Of a DNA stretch of 64,000 nt, positions 29,346 through 38,834 are shown piece after piece; within the stretch, counting starts at the first letter, position 1; every line of letters begins with the position of its first letter. Origin of the DNA: an uncultured virus (IMG/VR IMGVR_UViG_2687453420_000003). Taxonomy: Duplodnaviria > Heunggongvirae > Uroviricota > Caudoviricetes. Made by a program: the position numbers and the translations under genes. The notes beneath the pieces are model-generated. The model was not told where the DNA came from. It made no database searches and saw only the letters and a program-made list of their open reading frames with translations. The stretch is from IMG/VR virus record IMGVR_UViG_2687453420_000003. The stretch is one strand, 5' to 3'.

Positions 29346-30049
29346 TGTCTATCACCTGTTAATTTGTATCCTATTCCCCAAACAGTTTCTATAAGTTTAG
29401 GGTTATTGGGATCATCCTCGATTTTACTTCTAAGTCTTCTCATATGTACTGTTACCGTATTATAATCTGATAAAAATTCTTCTCCCCATACACTGTCATA
29501 TATCTGCACTTTGGTAAATACTCTGTTTGGATTTTCAAAGAAAAGCTTAAGAATTTTCATTTCCTTTGCAGTAAGAGTAAGTTCCTTTCCTCCTTTGGTA
29601 ACTGTGTAATTATTCATATCAAATTTCACATCACCATACTCATATATCTTATTTTCTTTAATACTTTTGGTTTCATTATAATAAATAGCTCTTCTTATAT
29701 TACATTTAACTCTTGCTATAAGCTCTGGTACTGAAAATGGTTTTACAATGTAATCATCCGCTCCCATACCAAGTCCTATTATTTTGTCACTGTCTTCTCC
29801 TTTTGCAGAAAGTATTATAATTGGGACTTTACTTTTTTCCCTAATTCTTCTCATTGACTCGATGCCATCCATAACAGGCATCATAATATCCATAATTACC
29901 ATATGATAATTTTCACCTTGAAATTTTTCCACAGCTTCAAGTCCATGAAAAGCTTGCTCTATATCATATCCTTCCTTTATCAAGGATTCCTTTATCATAT
30001 TATTTATATTAACATCATCTTCTACAATTAATATCTTTAACCTTTCCAT
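29342..30049 (-). CDS. OmpR family response regulator
   Basis: IVEDD, DIMMP, KPF, IETVWGIGY. Confidence 0.95.
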   Translation of the reverse strand: MERLKILIVEDDVNINNMIKESLIKEGYDIEQAFHGLEAVEKFQGENYHMVIMDIMMPVMDGIESMRRIREKSKVPIIILSAKGEDSDKIIGLGMGADDYIVKPFSVPELIARVKCNIRRAIYYNETKSIKENKIYEYGDVKFDMNNYTVTKGGKELTLTAKEMKILKLFFENPNRVFTKVQIYDSVWGEEFLSDYNTVTVHMRRLRSKIEDDPNNPKLIETVWGIGYKLTGDRQ

Positions 30050-30209
30050 AATATCACCTTATATACTAAATCTATAATAAAAATTTATTATACTTTTCCC
30101 TTTCATAATATTTTTATGATTATTTATATAAGCTACCTATATATAAATAATTATAAAATCCTATTATAATTATACAAAATAGTAAAATACTTTTCTATAA
30201 GTTTGATAA

Positions 30210-30566
30210 ATGATGATCAAAAGAAGTATGATAATGAAAGTAAGTTATAAATTTGTAAAGAAGAAATATTCTACTCATAAATACTGGCCATTCAAGGTGA
30301 ACATAAATGCAACATTTAAAAAGATTTTTAAAACAATTGAAACTAATGAATCTGTAGCCTATTCTAGACTACCTGAAGACACCATAGCTGAAAAAATTTA
30401 TAAATTAAGAATGATTAAAGGATGCACTCAACGTGAATTTGCTAAAATGTGTTCAATTGGATATTCAAGTTTATGTAAATATGAATTAGGGTTTAATCCT
30501 AGTATTAAAAACTTAAATAAAATTAGTAATGCATTCAATATTGATATAGGCTATTTTTTAAAGTAG
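30210..30566 (+). CDS. XRE HTH protein at prophage end; start uncertain
   Basis: LPEDTIAEKIYKLRMIKGCTQREFAKMCSIGYSSLCKYELG; no convincing RBS/start. Confidence 0.7.
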   Translation: MMIKRSMIMKVSYKFVKKKYSTHKYWPFKVNINATFKKIFKTIETNESVAYSRLPEDTIAEKIYKLRMIKGCTQREFAKMCSIGYSSLCKYELGFNPSIKNLNKISNAFNIDIGYFLK

Positions 30567-30590
30567 GAAATTTTATTAATTTCCTACTTT
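30560..30590. terminator. Bidirectional terminator
   Basis: aaagtaggaaatt-ttatt-aatttcctacttt. Confidence 0.7.
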
Positions 30591-30659
30591 TTTATTTTTA
30601 GTTTTTATTATTAATATAACCCTTGTTTTTTTACCAGATTTAGCTTGTCTTTTTTTCAT
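30576..30659 (-). CDS. 27-aa basic peptide (not in ORF track)
   Basis: MKKRQAKSGKKTRVILIIKTKNKKVGN with ggggga RBS and its own promoter. Confidence 0.5.
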   Translation of the reverse strand: MKKRQAKSGKKTRVILIIKTKNKKVGN

Positions 30660-30700
30660 ATGTATTCCCCCGGTAATCACTAATTTTACTTTACTACTAA

Positions 30701-30742
30701 ATTATACCTCTAATAACCCAAACACTCAAGAACATTTGTTCG
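30701..30742 (-). promoter_or_regulatory. SigA-type promoter with abutting LexA (SOS) box
   Basis: TTGAGT (30729-30724)-17 bp-TATAAT (30706-30701); CGAACAAATGTTC at 30742-30730. Confidence 0.75.
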
Positions 30743-30928
30743 AGTAAAATATTTTAAATATTACTTTAAAGTTCTTATAATCTAGTATTTTCCTTTAATG
30801 CTATTATACATCAAAAAATATTCATACCATGAATATCGTTCGTCTTTTTACCACAATTTTCTTATTTATTATTGCTATATTTTGTCGTAAAATTAAAAAG
30901 AATAGGATATTTACACGAGGTGATACAA

Positions 30929-31165
30929 ATGATAAGGATTTTCCGTGAACATAAAGGAATTAGGCAAGAAGATTTAGCAAGCAGATTAGGTATAACACAA
31001 CCTTATTTAAGTAAATTGGAAAATAACTCTATATATAAGATTAATGTTAATGTAGATCTTATAGAAAACTTAGCAATGGAACTTAATGTTTGTCCAATAG
31101 CTGTATTTTTGTATTTTTTAAATGTCAATATTTCATGTCCTTTTTATTTAAAAAAGACACAATAA
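30929..31165 (+). CDS. XRE HTH regulator
   Basis: REHKGIRQEDLASRLGITQPYLSKLEN; ATG 30929 after gaggtg. Confidence 0.85.
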   Translation: MIRIFREHKGIRQEDLASRLGITQPYLSKLENNSIYKINVNVDLIENLAMELNVCPIAVFLYFLNVNISCPFYLKKTQ

Positions 31166-31241
31166 CATGAATTGAAACTTATAACTTTATTAACTGCTAT
31201 AAACTTATTTTATATAAAGTAAGTTTATAGGAGGATCTATT

Positions 31242-31520
31242 ATGTTTGGGGATAGACTTAGAGAATTAAGAGAAGAAAAACAACTTACACAAGAGGAACT
31301 TGGTAAGTTACTGAATGTTTCTCGTCAAGCGGTATCTAGCTATGAAAAGGGAGAAAATGAACCAACTATAGATGCATTGGTTAAAATTGCGAATATATTT
31401 AATGTGAGCTTAGATTATTTATTGGGTAGAACAAAAGAGAGATATAATTTAAATCTAAAAGATAAAAAGAATAAGGAATTATTATTAGATTTAATAAAAG
31501 TAATAGATAAGCATAAATAA
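31242..31520 (+). CDS. XRE HTH regulator
   Basis: MFGDRLRELREEKQLTQEELG...VSLDYLLGRT. Confidence 0.92.
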   Translation: MFGDRLRELREEKQLTQEELGKLLNVSRQAVSSYEKGENEPTIDALVKIANIFNVSLDYLLGRTKERYNLNLKDKKNKELLLDLIKVIDKHK

Positions 31521-31551
31521 AAACTCTAAAGGTTAACCCTCTAGAGTTTTT
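31520..31551. terminator. Bidirectional terminator
   Basis: aaaactctaaagg...cctctagagtttt between convergent genes. Confidence 0.65.
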
Positions 31552-31556
31552 TATAT

Positions 31557-32075
31557 TTATTTTCCCTCTTTGATCAATTTATCAAATATTTTTTGGTATT
31601 CTTCTTTACCAAAAGTACCACTATCAAATGTCAAAAAATTATCTACACTTTCTTTAGAAGTGTACATTAAAATGCCACCTAATTGCTTAGTTGTAAATGC
31701 TATTCTTTTATAACAATTATATTTTTTATCACTGCTAACAATTCCTGATATAACATTAGAATATGTGTAAAAATCTTTTATTTTTTGTTCCACACTTCCA
31801 TCCTTAGTATTCAATTCTACAAATAATCCTTTATCATCACCTTCTCCATCTTCCCTTAATTGAGTAATCTCTAAAGGAATTACGGTTGAAAGTCCTTTAT
31901 TTAATTCTGTATTTTTTAAATCTATTGATTCTTTTTTTTCATCTTTTTTATCTTCCTGTTTTAAATCCTGGTTAATATTTTCTTTATTATATTCCTTAGT
32001 TGTTTGTTTAGATCCACAAGCAACTAATCCTAAGGCTAAAACTCCTGCTATTAATATAGATATTAGTTTTTTCAT
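31557..32075 (-). CDS. Prophage accessory lipoprotein
   Basis: Signal peptide with lipobox LVAC. Confidence 0.8.
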   Translation of the reverse strand: MKKLISILIAGVLALGLVACGSKQTTKEYNKENINQDLKQEDKKDEKKESIDLKNTELNKGLSTVIPLEITQLREDGEGDDKGLFVELNTKDGSVEQKIKDFYTYSNVISGIVSSDKKYNCYKRIAFTTKQLGGILMYTSKESVDNFLTFDSGTFGKEEYQKIFDKLIKEGK

Positions 32076-32195
32076 GTACTAATCCCCCTCTTAGTAATAT
32101 AGCTTAATTATAACAAAAATGTTATATTTGTAAATAAATAAACAAATCTTGTATATAAAAAAAGTAGTTCCACTTGGGAAACTACCTTTTTGTTT

Positions 32196-32441
32196 TTACT
32201 TTAATTCTGTTAATTTAATAATTTTATTTGTATTTGGTTGTCGAAAATAAATAAATTTTTCTTCTTGATGTACATCATATATAGATGTCCACAACGGTCT
32301 ATTCTTGTCTAGACAATACATATATTCTCCATTCTCTGGACAATTATCGTCCGCAGGTTCAATTGCTCTAGCAACACCGATAAATCTTGTACATGCTCCA
32401 ATTAACAAGCCTACTATTAAATATCTTATTCCCTTTCGCAT
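32196..32441 (-). CDS. Small exported/membrane hypothetical protein
   Basis: Hydrophobic N-terminus; overlaps upstream gene. Confidence 0.65.
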   Translation of the reverse strand: MRKGIRYLIVGLLIGACTRFIGVARAIEPADDNCPENGEYMYCLDKNRPLWTSIYDVHQEEKFIYFRQPNTNKIIKLTELK

Positions 32442-32620
32442 TTTAAATTCCCTTCTCTTTCTTTTAATAAATTCCTAAGTTCTTCTATATCTTCTAGTGT
32501 TGCTTTATTCCTTATAAAGCTTCTAGCACTGCTTCTGCTTTTTAAATAGCTTGCATACTCTCTATTTTTTTTCTCCCAATTTTGATTTGCTATTGTTTGT
32601 TTGGATTTTTCTTCAGTCAT
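32426..32620 (-). CDS. Small basic protein, probable ribbon-helix-helix-like DNA binder/antitoxin
   Basis: ANQNWEKKNREYASYLKSRSSARSFIRNKATLEDIEEL; aggagg RBS. Confidence 0.6.
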   Translation of the reverse strand: MTEEKSKQTIANQNWEKKNREYASYLKSRSSARSFIRNKATLEDIEELRNLLKEREGNLKCERE

Positions 32621-32622
32621 AA

Positions 32623-32778
32623 CTATTTCCTCCTAGACAATATTATGTTTAATATTAATGCTATAATTAACAATGTAAATTTCATACAATCTAATAGAGA
32701 TGGATTTATAAAATCTCCATTGAATATATTTAAAATAACTATAGCAATTAAAATTATAGTGATATACTTTTGTTTCAT
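32623..32778 (-). CDS. 51-aa two-TM peptide (not in ORF track)
   Basis: MKQKYITIILIAIVILNIFNGDFINPSLLDCMKFTLLIIALILNIILSRRK. Confidence 0.55.
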   Translation of the reverse strand: MKQKYITIILIAIVILNIFNGDFINPSLLDCMKFTLLIIALILNIILSRRK

Positions 32779-32839
32779 ATTTTTAAGTGGTTGTGTTATA
32801 ATATATTTAAAAGGTTGGGGGATTTCTCCCCCTTTTAGC

Positions 32840-32938
32840 TTAGGACTTCTTGTTATTGTTTTTTAGTTCATTGACCAATGTGCAGATTGTTAGAACTAAT
32901 ACAACAATTTCAAGTAAGTCCTTTATTGTTTCAACCAC
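32840..32938 (-). CDS. 32-aa hydrophobic peptide, type I toxin-like (not in ORF track)
   Basis: MVETIKDLLEIVVLVLTICTLVNELKNNNKKS; strong gggaggtg RBS. Confidence 0.65.
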   Translation of the reverse strand: MVETIKDLLEIVVLVLTICTLVNELKNNNKKS

Positions 32939-32962
32939 TTATCTCACCTCCCTACAATTATA

Positions 32963-32991
32963 ATTATACTACGTGTAGTATAAGAAGTCAA
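32963..32991 (-). promoter_or_regulatory. SigA promoter with palindromic operator overlapping spacer and -10
   Basis: TTGACT-17 bp-TATAAT; ttatactac-gt-gtagtataa at 32964-32983. Confidence 0.8.
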
Positions 32992-33077
32992 CACCTTTTT
33001 ATGAATTTTTTATATAATTTATAACAATTTTTCCAATAAAAAAAGAGGTACTCCCATAAAAGAGAGTACCTTTAAAA

Positions 33078-33842
33078 TTAATCTGTTAATCTTTTTCTAC
33101 CGCCATTACCTTTATTGTCATTCCAGTAGCAATCCATGAATCCTTTACCGATTGCTATATAATTCCCCCTATCTTTGTGTATTATTAATCTTCCATCTGT
33201 AGCCTGTTCTATGTATCCAGTAGTTCCTGGAATTTTAAATATAGTTTCTCCTGTTGGTATAGTCTTATCATCATATTTTGGTTTTTCCACTTTTACCACT
33301 TCCTTTGGTTTATTTGGTGTCGCTACTGTAGTACCTACTAGTCCTTTAACTATAGCATTAGCCATATTTTCAGCATTATATCTATTTATATCTCCTGCAT
33401 TATCGCAGAAACAACATTCTATTAGCATGGCTTTAGCTTTTGTATGTTTTAATACATAAAGACCAGAACCATCTTTTAACCCTCTATTTGTATAGCCTAA
33501 AGCACAAATATTATTTAATACCGCTCTAGCTTGCGGTAATTCTTTCCCTCCATATGTGAATACTTCTGTACCATAAGCACTACCGTTATAACAATTAAAA
33601 TGAATAGATACATATAAATCTACATTGTTATTATTGGCTGTATTAGTTCTATAACTTAAACTATCATTTAGGCTAGAACAACTATCCTTATAACACTTAA
33701 TAACTGTATGCCCTAATGCTTGTAATTTACTTATTACTTTTGTTCCTACTTCTCTAGTTAAATTAGATTCTGCTTTTATTCCTACTGCTCCATAATCTGC
33801 TCCTGACATTGTATGCCCACAATCTATTCCGTATGTAGCCAT
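33078..33842 (-). CDS. Endolysin, N-acetylmuramoyl-L-alanine amidase (Amidase_3)
   Basis: IDCGH, E, SIHFN, LYVLKHT..AMLIECCFCDN. Confidence 0.93.
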   Translation of the reverse strand: MATYGIDCGHTMSGADYGAVGIKAESNLTREVGTKVISKLQALGHTVIKCYKDSCSSLNDSLSYRTNTANNNNVDLYVSIHFNCYNGSAYGTEVFTYGGKELPQARAVLNNICALGYTNRGLKDGSGLYVLKHTKAKAMLIECCFCDNAGDINRYNAENMANAIVKGLVGTTVATPNKPKEVVKVEKPKYDDKTIPTGETIFKIPGTTGYIEQATDGRLIIHKDRGNYIAIGKGFMDCYWNDNKGNGGRKRLTD

Positions 33843-33884
33843 TTAACACTCCTCCTAAAATTTAATATAAAAAAAGAACAGGCA

Positions 33885-34094
33885 TTAATCCTGCTCTTTA
33901 CTTTCTTTTACCGCTTGTCTAGCTGAACTTTGTCCAAAGTAAAACCCTATTATTAATGTAAATACAGAAAGAAATTCCGTACTGGATAGATTCCCTTTTG
34001 CGCTTAAAATGCAAAATACTATAGTAGTTAATAATGCTATTATCTTTTTTATCTGTAGAAATTGTTTTAGAAATTCCATATTATTTTCTTTCAT
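33885..34094 (-). CDS. Holin-like two-TM protein
   Basis: Two TM helices, IIGFYFGQS; precedes endolysin. Confidence 0.75.
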   Translation of the reverse strand: MKENNMEFLKQFLQIKKIIALLTTIVFCILSAKGNLSSTEFLSVFTLIIGFYFGQSSARQAVKESKEQD

Positions 34095-34097
34095 ATA

Positions 34098-34376
34098 CTA
34101 GTCCTCCTTTTCTAATCCATCAATTCTATGGTGAGCACTCTTAGTACTCTCTTCTACTTTAATTAGCCTAGTATTAACGTCTTCTATCTTCCTATCTGCT
34201 GCTTTTAGATCTAATCTTATATCATCTACACCTTTTGAAATATAATCTAATTTTAAAGCAGTTATTCCTTCATTTTTCCCTTCTTCTTTATTATCCTTTT
34301 CTTTAAGTCTTTTATATCCTAAATAGCTTAATGCAGCACCTAAAATAGTGTACAGTATTGACATTTCAATATTCAT
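34098..34376 (-). CDS. Lysis-module membrane/coiled-coil protein
   Basis: N-terminal TM; KVEESTKSAHHRID. Confidence 0.75.
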   Translation of the reverse strand: MNIEMSILYTILGAALSYLGYKRLKEKDNKEEGKNEGITALKLDYISKGVDDIRLDLKAADRKIEDVNTRLIKVEESTKSAHHRIDGLEKED

Positions 34377-34446
34377 ATGTCACCTCTCTTAATTAAAAAT
34401 AGGCAAAATAAAAACACCTATTCGGTGCATACTTTGCCTTTATAAT

Positions 34447-34593
34447 TTATTCTACTTCAAAATATATCTTTGTTATTTTATAATACTCATCTGGGGTTAT
34501 TTCTCCAAACGGAAACTTTTCCGTCTTAACTGCTCCTTTTAATTGTTCAGCATCTATCCAATTTTGTTCAAAAGCTAAAATCCAAAATTCCAT
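34447..34593 (-). CDS. XkdX family protein (48 aa, not in ORF track)
   Basis: MEFWILAFEQNWIDAEQLKGAV...GEITPDEYYKIT. Confidence 0.8.
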   Translation of the reverse strand: MEFWILAFEQNWIDAEQLKGAVKTEKFPFGEITPDEYYKITKIYFEVE

Positions 34594-34793
34594 TATAAAT
34601 TACCTCCTCTGCTTTGTAACATTTCTAATTTTATTTGAGTTAATTCTTTACCTAAATTATTTATTATAGCATCTTTTTGCATATTCTTAATTTTTTCTTG
34701 TGTTAGTTGTTGTCCTAAACTTTGCAATGTAAGATTATTTTTTTCTTTTTCCTCTCTTTTTTTTATTATTGTGTTATTAATATAAATTCCCAT
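34593..34793 (-). CDS. Small tail-associated coiled-coil protein (XkdW-like position)
   Basis: LGQQLTQEKI/LGKELTQIKL repeats; upstream of XkdX. Confidence 0.65.
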   Translation of the reverse strand: MGIYINNTIIKKREEKEKNNLTLQSLGQQLTQEKIKNMQKDAIINNLGKELTQIKLEMLQSRGGNL

Positions 34794-34813
34794 ATTTGTA
34801 CCTCCTAATATTC

Positions 34814-37455
34814 TTAGTAGTTATAGTAATATAATGTTGTCAATTTAGTATTTCTTCCTTTGATATTTATGTCTCTTTGTGATTCTGCTTTTGTAAATTG
34901 TGCATCATATTCATAATAGTCTTCTGTTATATCTAATGGTTTTACTGTTGCTATTTCTTCTCCTGCTTTTACTTCTAAGTCGTAGTCTAGAAATTTGATT
35001 GTCTCCCCCGCATGGGCTGAGATGGTTTATCTAGGGTTAATTTATTATCCCTCGGTTCTTCCATAGTATAATCTGACCTTAGCATTACTCTATCTGTTTT
35101 ACTAGATGCGTCATACTCTAGCAACAATAATCCTGGGTATTGACCATAGGCATATGGGTTATAGTCTACCACTTCAAAGATATGTTCTGAATCTCGACTA
35201 GCTACTTGGGTAACTTGACTAATGTCGCCCCACTCCTTCTCGATTGCTACTGTTGATGTTTGATTTATTATTCCGTCTGAGAATGAGTACAATAACATGA
35301 AACCGTGTAATTTATCATAAGTTAGTCTAAGGAACGGTATTCTACTGTACTCTGGGGTTAGTGTAGCCCAATAACTCTGGTATGAACCTTTCTCTTTTGT
35401 CTGAGTATACGTTGCAACTTTCATTTTATTTGCACCTTCTTGATAACTGTAAGCAATTATCCAAGTATGCTTTCCGTTCTCCCCCTGAAATAACCTACTA
35501 TATACACATGAGTTAACTGCATTTATACCATCTTTAAAAACTCGACCCACATTACTTATTTGTCCTGAAGCTGTATATATAGCCTCTACTAATTGTAATT
35601 GCGTTTCATCATATTTCTTTACAAAACTTATAGATATGTTACCCTCACGAAAATCTTGTATATCAGTCACATATGGAAAGCTGACATTGTTGTTATTTTC
35701 ATCGTTAAACATCACACTTCTAGCATCGATAGTTATCTTGTCTGGATTTGACATGTTAAACCAATAACCTACGATATTGTAAGTACTGGTACTTAAGTTC
35801 AGTTCCTTAGTTGCTACGACTAGGTGATTTGTTTTACTATCCACGGTAGCGCTTACTGACATGACTGAGTTATCCATAGCTACACTTTGAAACTTAGATT
35901 TATTTGTATCAGTGTTGATAGTTAAGAAAGTTAATTCTCTAGGTTCAGCAATTACCATATATACCTTATTGTCTTTACCTGTTATAGCTACACTCTTTAA
36001 GGGGTTACTGTTCATTGACCCATGAGCTTTAGGCGCTGTTCCATCTAAGGCAATACTTCTAATATTAATACCGTACTTAGGTGATGTTGTTCTAGTGTGT
36101 ATGTCTGGAAAATATATTCTTCCATTATGGACATAAGATTTTTGACCTCTTCCCATAGCAAACAATTGGGTTGGCTTTTCTACATCTTCTTGAGTAATTA
36201 ATTCCGCTACTACATTAACTTCTTTTGCTCCACCTATTATACTTGATATTGTATATATTTCTTTATCCTTTATTAGTCTATCCCCCACGACTGGTGCTTT
36301 TGTTGATGTTGTATATTCTAATTCCTTACTATTTAGTGTATTCCATTCCGTAGTTGTTAAGCTATTCATAACTTGAGGGACTAGTCTTAGCCTTGAGTTC
36401 TCTGTCTCTGGAAATGTTTGTGGTTTCATTACTAAGGATTCTCCGCTTGTATATGATTTAATAGGGTCAAACTGCTTTATCGTAATTGGTTCTGATAGCT
36501 TATATTTTTCTAATTCTCCCCCGATTACATAGAGTCCAAGCCATTCCTTAGCAAACCCACCTGTTCCTTTGTGTCTTACTGTTATCTTATAATTGTTACC
36601 CGCCTTGAATGTTACTGGAAGTTTCATTGATCCTGTTGTATTGTCTACCATTTCAGATTGGTATTCAAATTTTTGTTGGGTGTAATTATATACTGACACA
36701 TCCATTTGTTCTAATTGACCTTCGCCGTTATACTTGGTTTGTAAAGTAATTTCACCTTTTACTGGCTCTGGATGTGTTCTATCTTCTGATGTTGGGTATA
36801 CTGGTATTGGTTTTTCTGGTGGGTCTATTTCGATATACTCTAAAACTGGTCGCCAACCTGCATCCTTAAATGAAGCACTAGCACTATAATAGGTAACCTT
36901 GTTAACATTTGAATAACCTCTTTCCATTACGCTTCCACTAATAGTTTCCTGACATGTTGTCCAGATTCCCCACCAATTCCATAATTGGTTGTGTTGTCCA
37001 TCTAATTGACCATAGGTGTTAGTATCTGTTAAATCTTCCTGTGTCGGCATTGGTAGACCTGATATATTATAGACATTACGGATAATACCAATCCACTCGT
37101 TCTCCGCTAGTACTCTAAGTTTATAGTCCTTTCCATCTATTGTAACTGGTGTTCCGTATATCCTACCTAACTTGTTTAGGTAATCCCATGAGACATTAGT
37201 AAATATCACTCTATCGGATATATATAGGTGTTTGTTACCATCCTTTAAATGAATCCATGTTAAGTTATAGGTTTCATCCGTGTCTGAATTTCCAATATGA
37301 CAAGTATCTCCCGATGCGTAGGCTCGTATATCGCCCTTACCACGTCCAGATAGGTCACCTGGGTAGCTATCTGTAATCCAGGGTCTAGTCGGTATTGCAC
37401 GTATAACTCCGTTAGTTTTAAACGTTCCGAACTTTTCTTTCCCTATATACTCCAC
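34814..37455 (-). CDS. Tail fibre / receptor-binding protein; 1-nt frameshift near 35020
   Basis: Follows BppU; N-terminal domain ends GWRPVLE; alternative frame continues SAHAGETIKFLDYDLEVK...LYYYNY to stop at 34814. Confidence 0.75.
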
Positions 37456-38819
37456 TATACTACCTCCTCTATTGTTAATAGTTTATCTCCTACTTTTATT
37501 GAATCCCCCACATTTAGTTTCTCCCCGACTAGTTCAATTGTATCTGAATTGGTTACGCCTTGATATACTGTTTGCTGAACTTCTGGACTTCCGAAATCCA
37601 CTGTAGTATCTGCTTTGTTGTAAGTTGCTGTAGTAGATTCTATATATTCATCTGTCTCAAATGTATCAAAGAATCCTATTCCTGACTTGTTTATAAAATC
37701 TACTGCTAGTTTCTCTTTTAGTTTAAGTTTAATATCTATTATTTCTTCTCTAGCATGTTGGTCATTTGCATTTAAAGTATTAAATTTATTATTAATATCG
37801 GTTACGTTATATGTTATAAATCCATCTGTTATAGATTCAGCTTTATCAACTATACCATTATTATTTTGGTCATAGGTGTCTGTATGCATGTTTCCGCTGC
37901 CCAATCCATCTTTACCTTTTTTAGCTATAAGAATCCAGTATTCTTTATTAACTGGGTATATGTTAGTACAATCTTTTAAACATTCACAACAACTACCATT
38001 ATAAACAACTCTATTGTATTTTTTATATTCTTTAGTTAAATCAAATTCTTCGCATATAGAAAAATCATCAATAGTATTTTTTATTTCTGTATATCCTTGC
38101 TGCCTATCTGTTTCATTTACCTTTCTTTCTTCTTCCGCATCTACTCTTTCAGATTCTTTAGCAATTCTATTTTCTTCATTCTCTTTTCTCTGGTTTTCAT
38201 TTTCTAGCCTAGTTTTTTCATTTTCAACCCTTTGATTTTCATTTGCTTCTCTTCCTGCTTCATTTTCTACTCTAATGTTTTCACTATCTACTCTTTTAAT
38301 TTCTTCTAGTTTCCTGTTTTCTTCACTTTCTACTCTAGCATTTTCAACATTTTTTCTATTATCTTCATTTTTTACTCTTTCATTTTCTGCTCTTATTCTT
38401 TTATCTTCTTCAACCCAAATGCTCTGTATTAAATCCAAATCTTCTTTATCTATATAGTCATTTCGATAAACACTAGAATCTACAAACATAGAAAATGTTG
38501 CACTTGTTATTTTTCTATTATCTTTATCAAAAATACTTAAATCTGCTTTAATTTCTCCTATACTTTCTAATGCTTTAGTAAGTATATTTATTTTTACTTC
38601 CCCATCTGTAGCATTTGTTATATCTGCCATTTGGAGAAATATTTTATTGTCTGGTCTTTTATAATTTATTCTTATGGTTGTTCCAGTTAAATCAAAAGGG
38701 ACACTATTCTGCACTAAAATAATATTTAATACAGAATTATTGTCCCCCTGTTTTAATCCTCTTACAGCATTGAAACCTGTTCGTTTTGTATCTATAAGTA
38801 AATTAAACGGTTTATCCAT
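37455..38819 (-). CDS. BppU family baseplate upper protein with coiled-coil repeats
   Basis: LKQGDNNSV..PFDLTGTTIRINYKRPD; E-x-x-R-x-x-N heptads; GDM-like GNMHTDTYDQNNNGIVDKA. Confidence 0.85.
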   Translation of the reverse strand: MDKPFNLLIDTKRTGFNAVRGLKQGDNNSVLNIILVQNSVPFDLTGTTIRINYKRPDNKIFLQMADITNATDGEVKINILTKALESIGEIKADLSIFDKDNRKITSATFSMFVDSSVYRNDYIDKEDLDLIQSIWVEEDKRIRAENERVKNEDNRKNVENARVESEENRKLEEIKRVDSENIRVENEAGREANENQRVENEKTRLENENQRKENEENRIAKESERVDAEEERKVNETDRQQGYTEIKNTIDDFSICEEFDLTKEYKKYNRVVYNGSCCECLKDCTNIYPVNKEYWILIAKKGKDGLGSGNMHTDTYDQNNNGIVDKAESITDGFITYNVTDINNKFNTLNANDQHAREEIIDIKLKLKEKLAVDFINKSGIGFFDTFETDEYIESTTATYNKADTTVDFGSPEVQQTVYQGVTNSDTIELVGEKLNVGDSIKVGDKLLTIEEVV

Positions 38820-38834
38820 ATAATCACTCCTTTC

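Noticed and set aside
36840..36945. Active diversity-generating retroelement
   Set aside because: No reverse transcriptase, accessory gene or template repeat recognised in the window
38090..38410. Tandem DNA repeats in bppU
   Set aside because: Explained by heptad coiled-coil coding (E-x-x-R-x-x-N)
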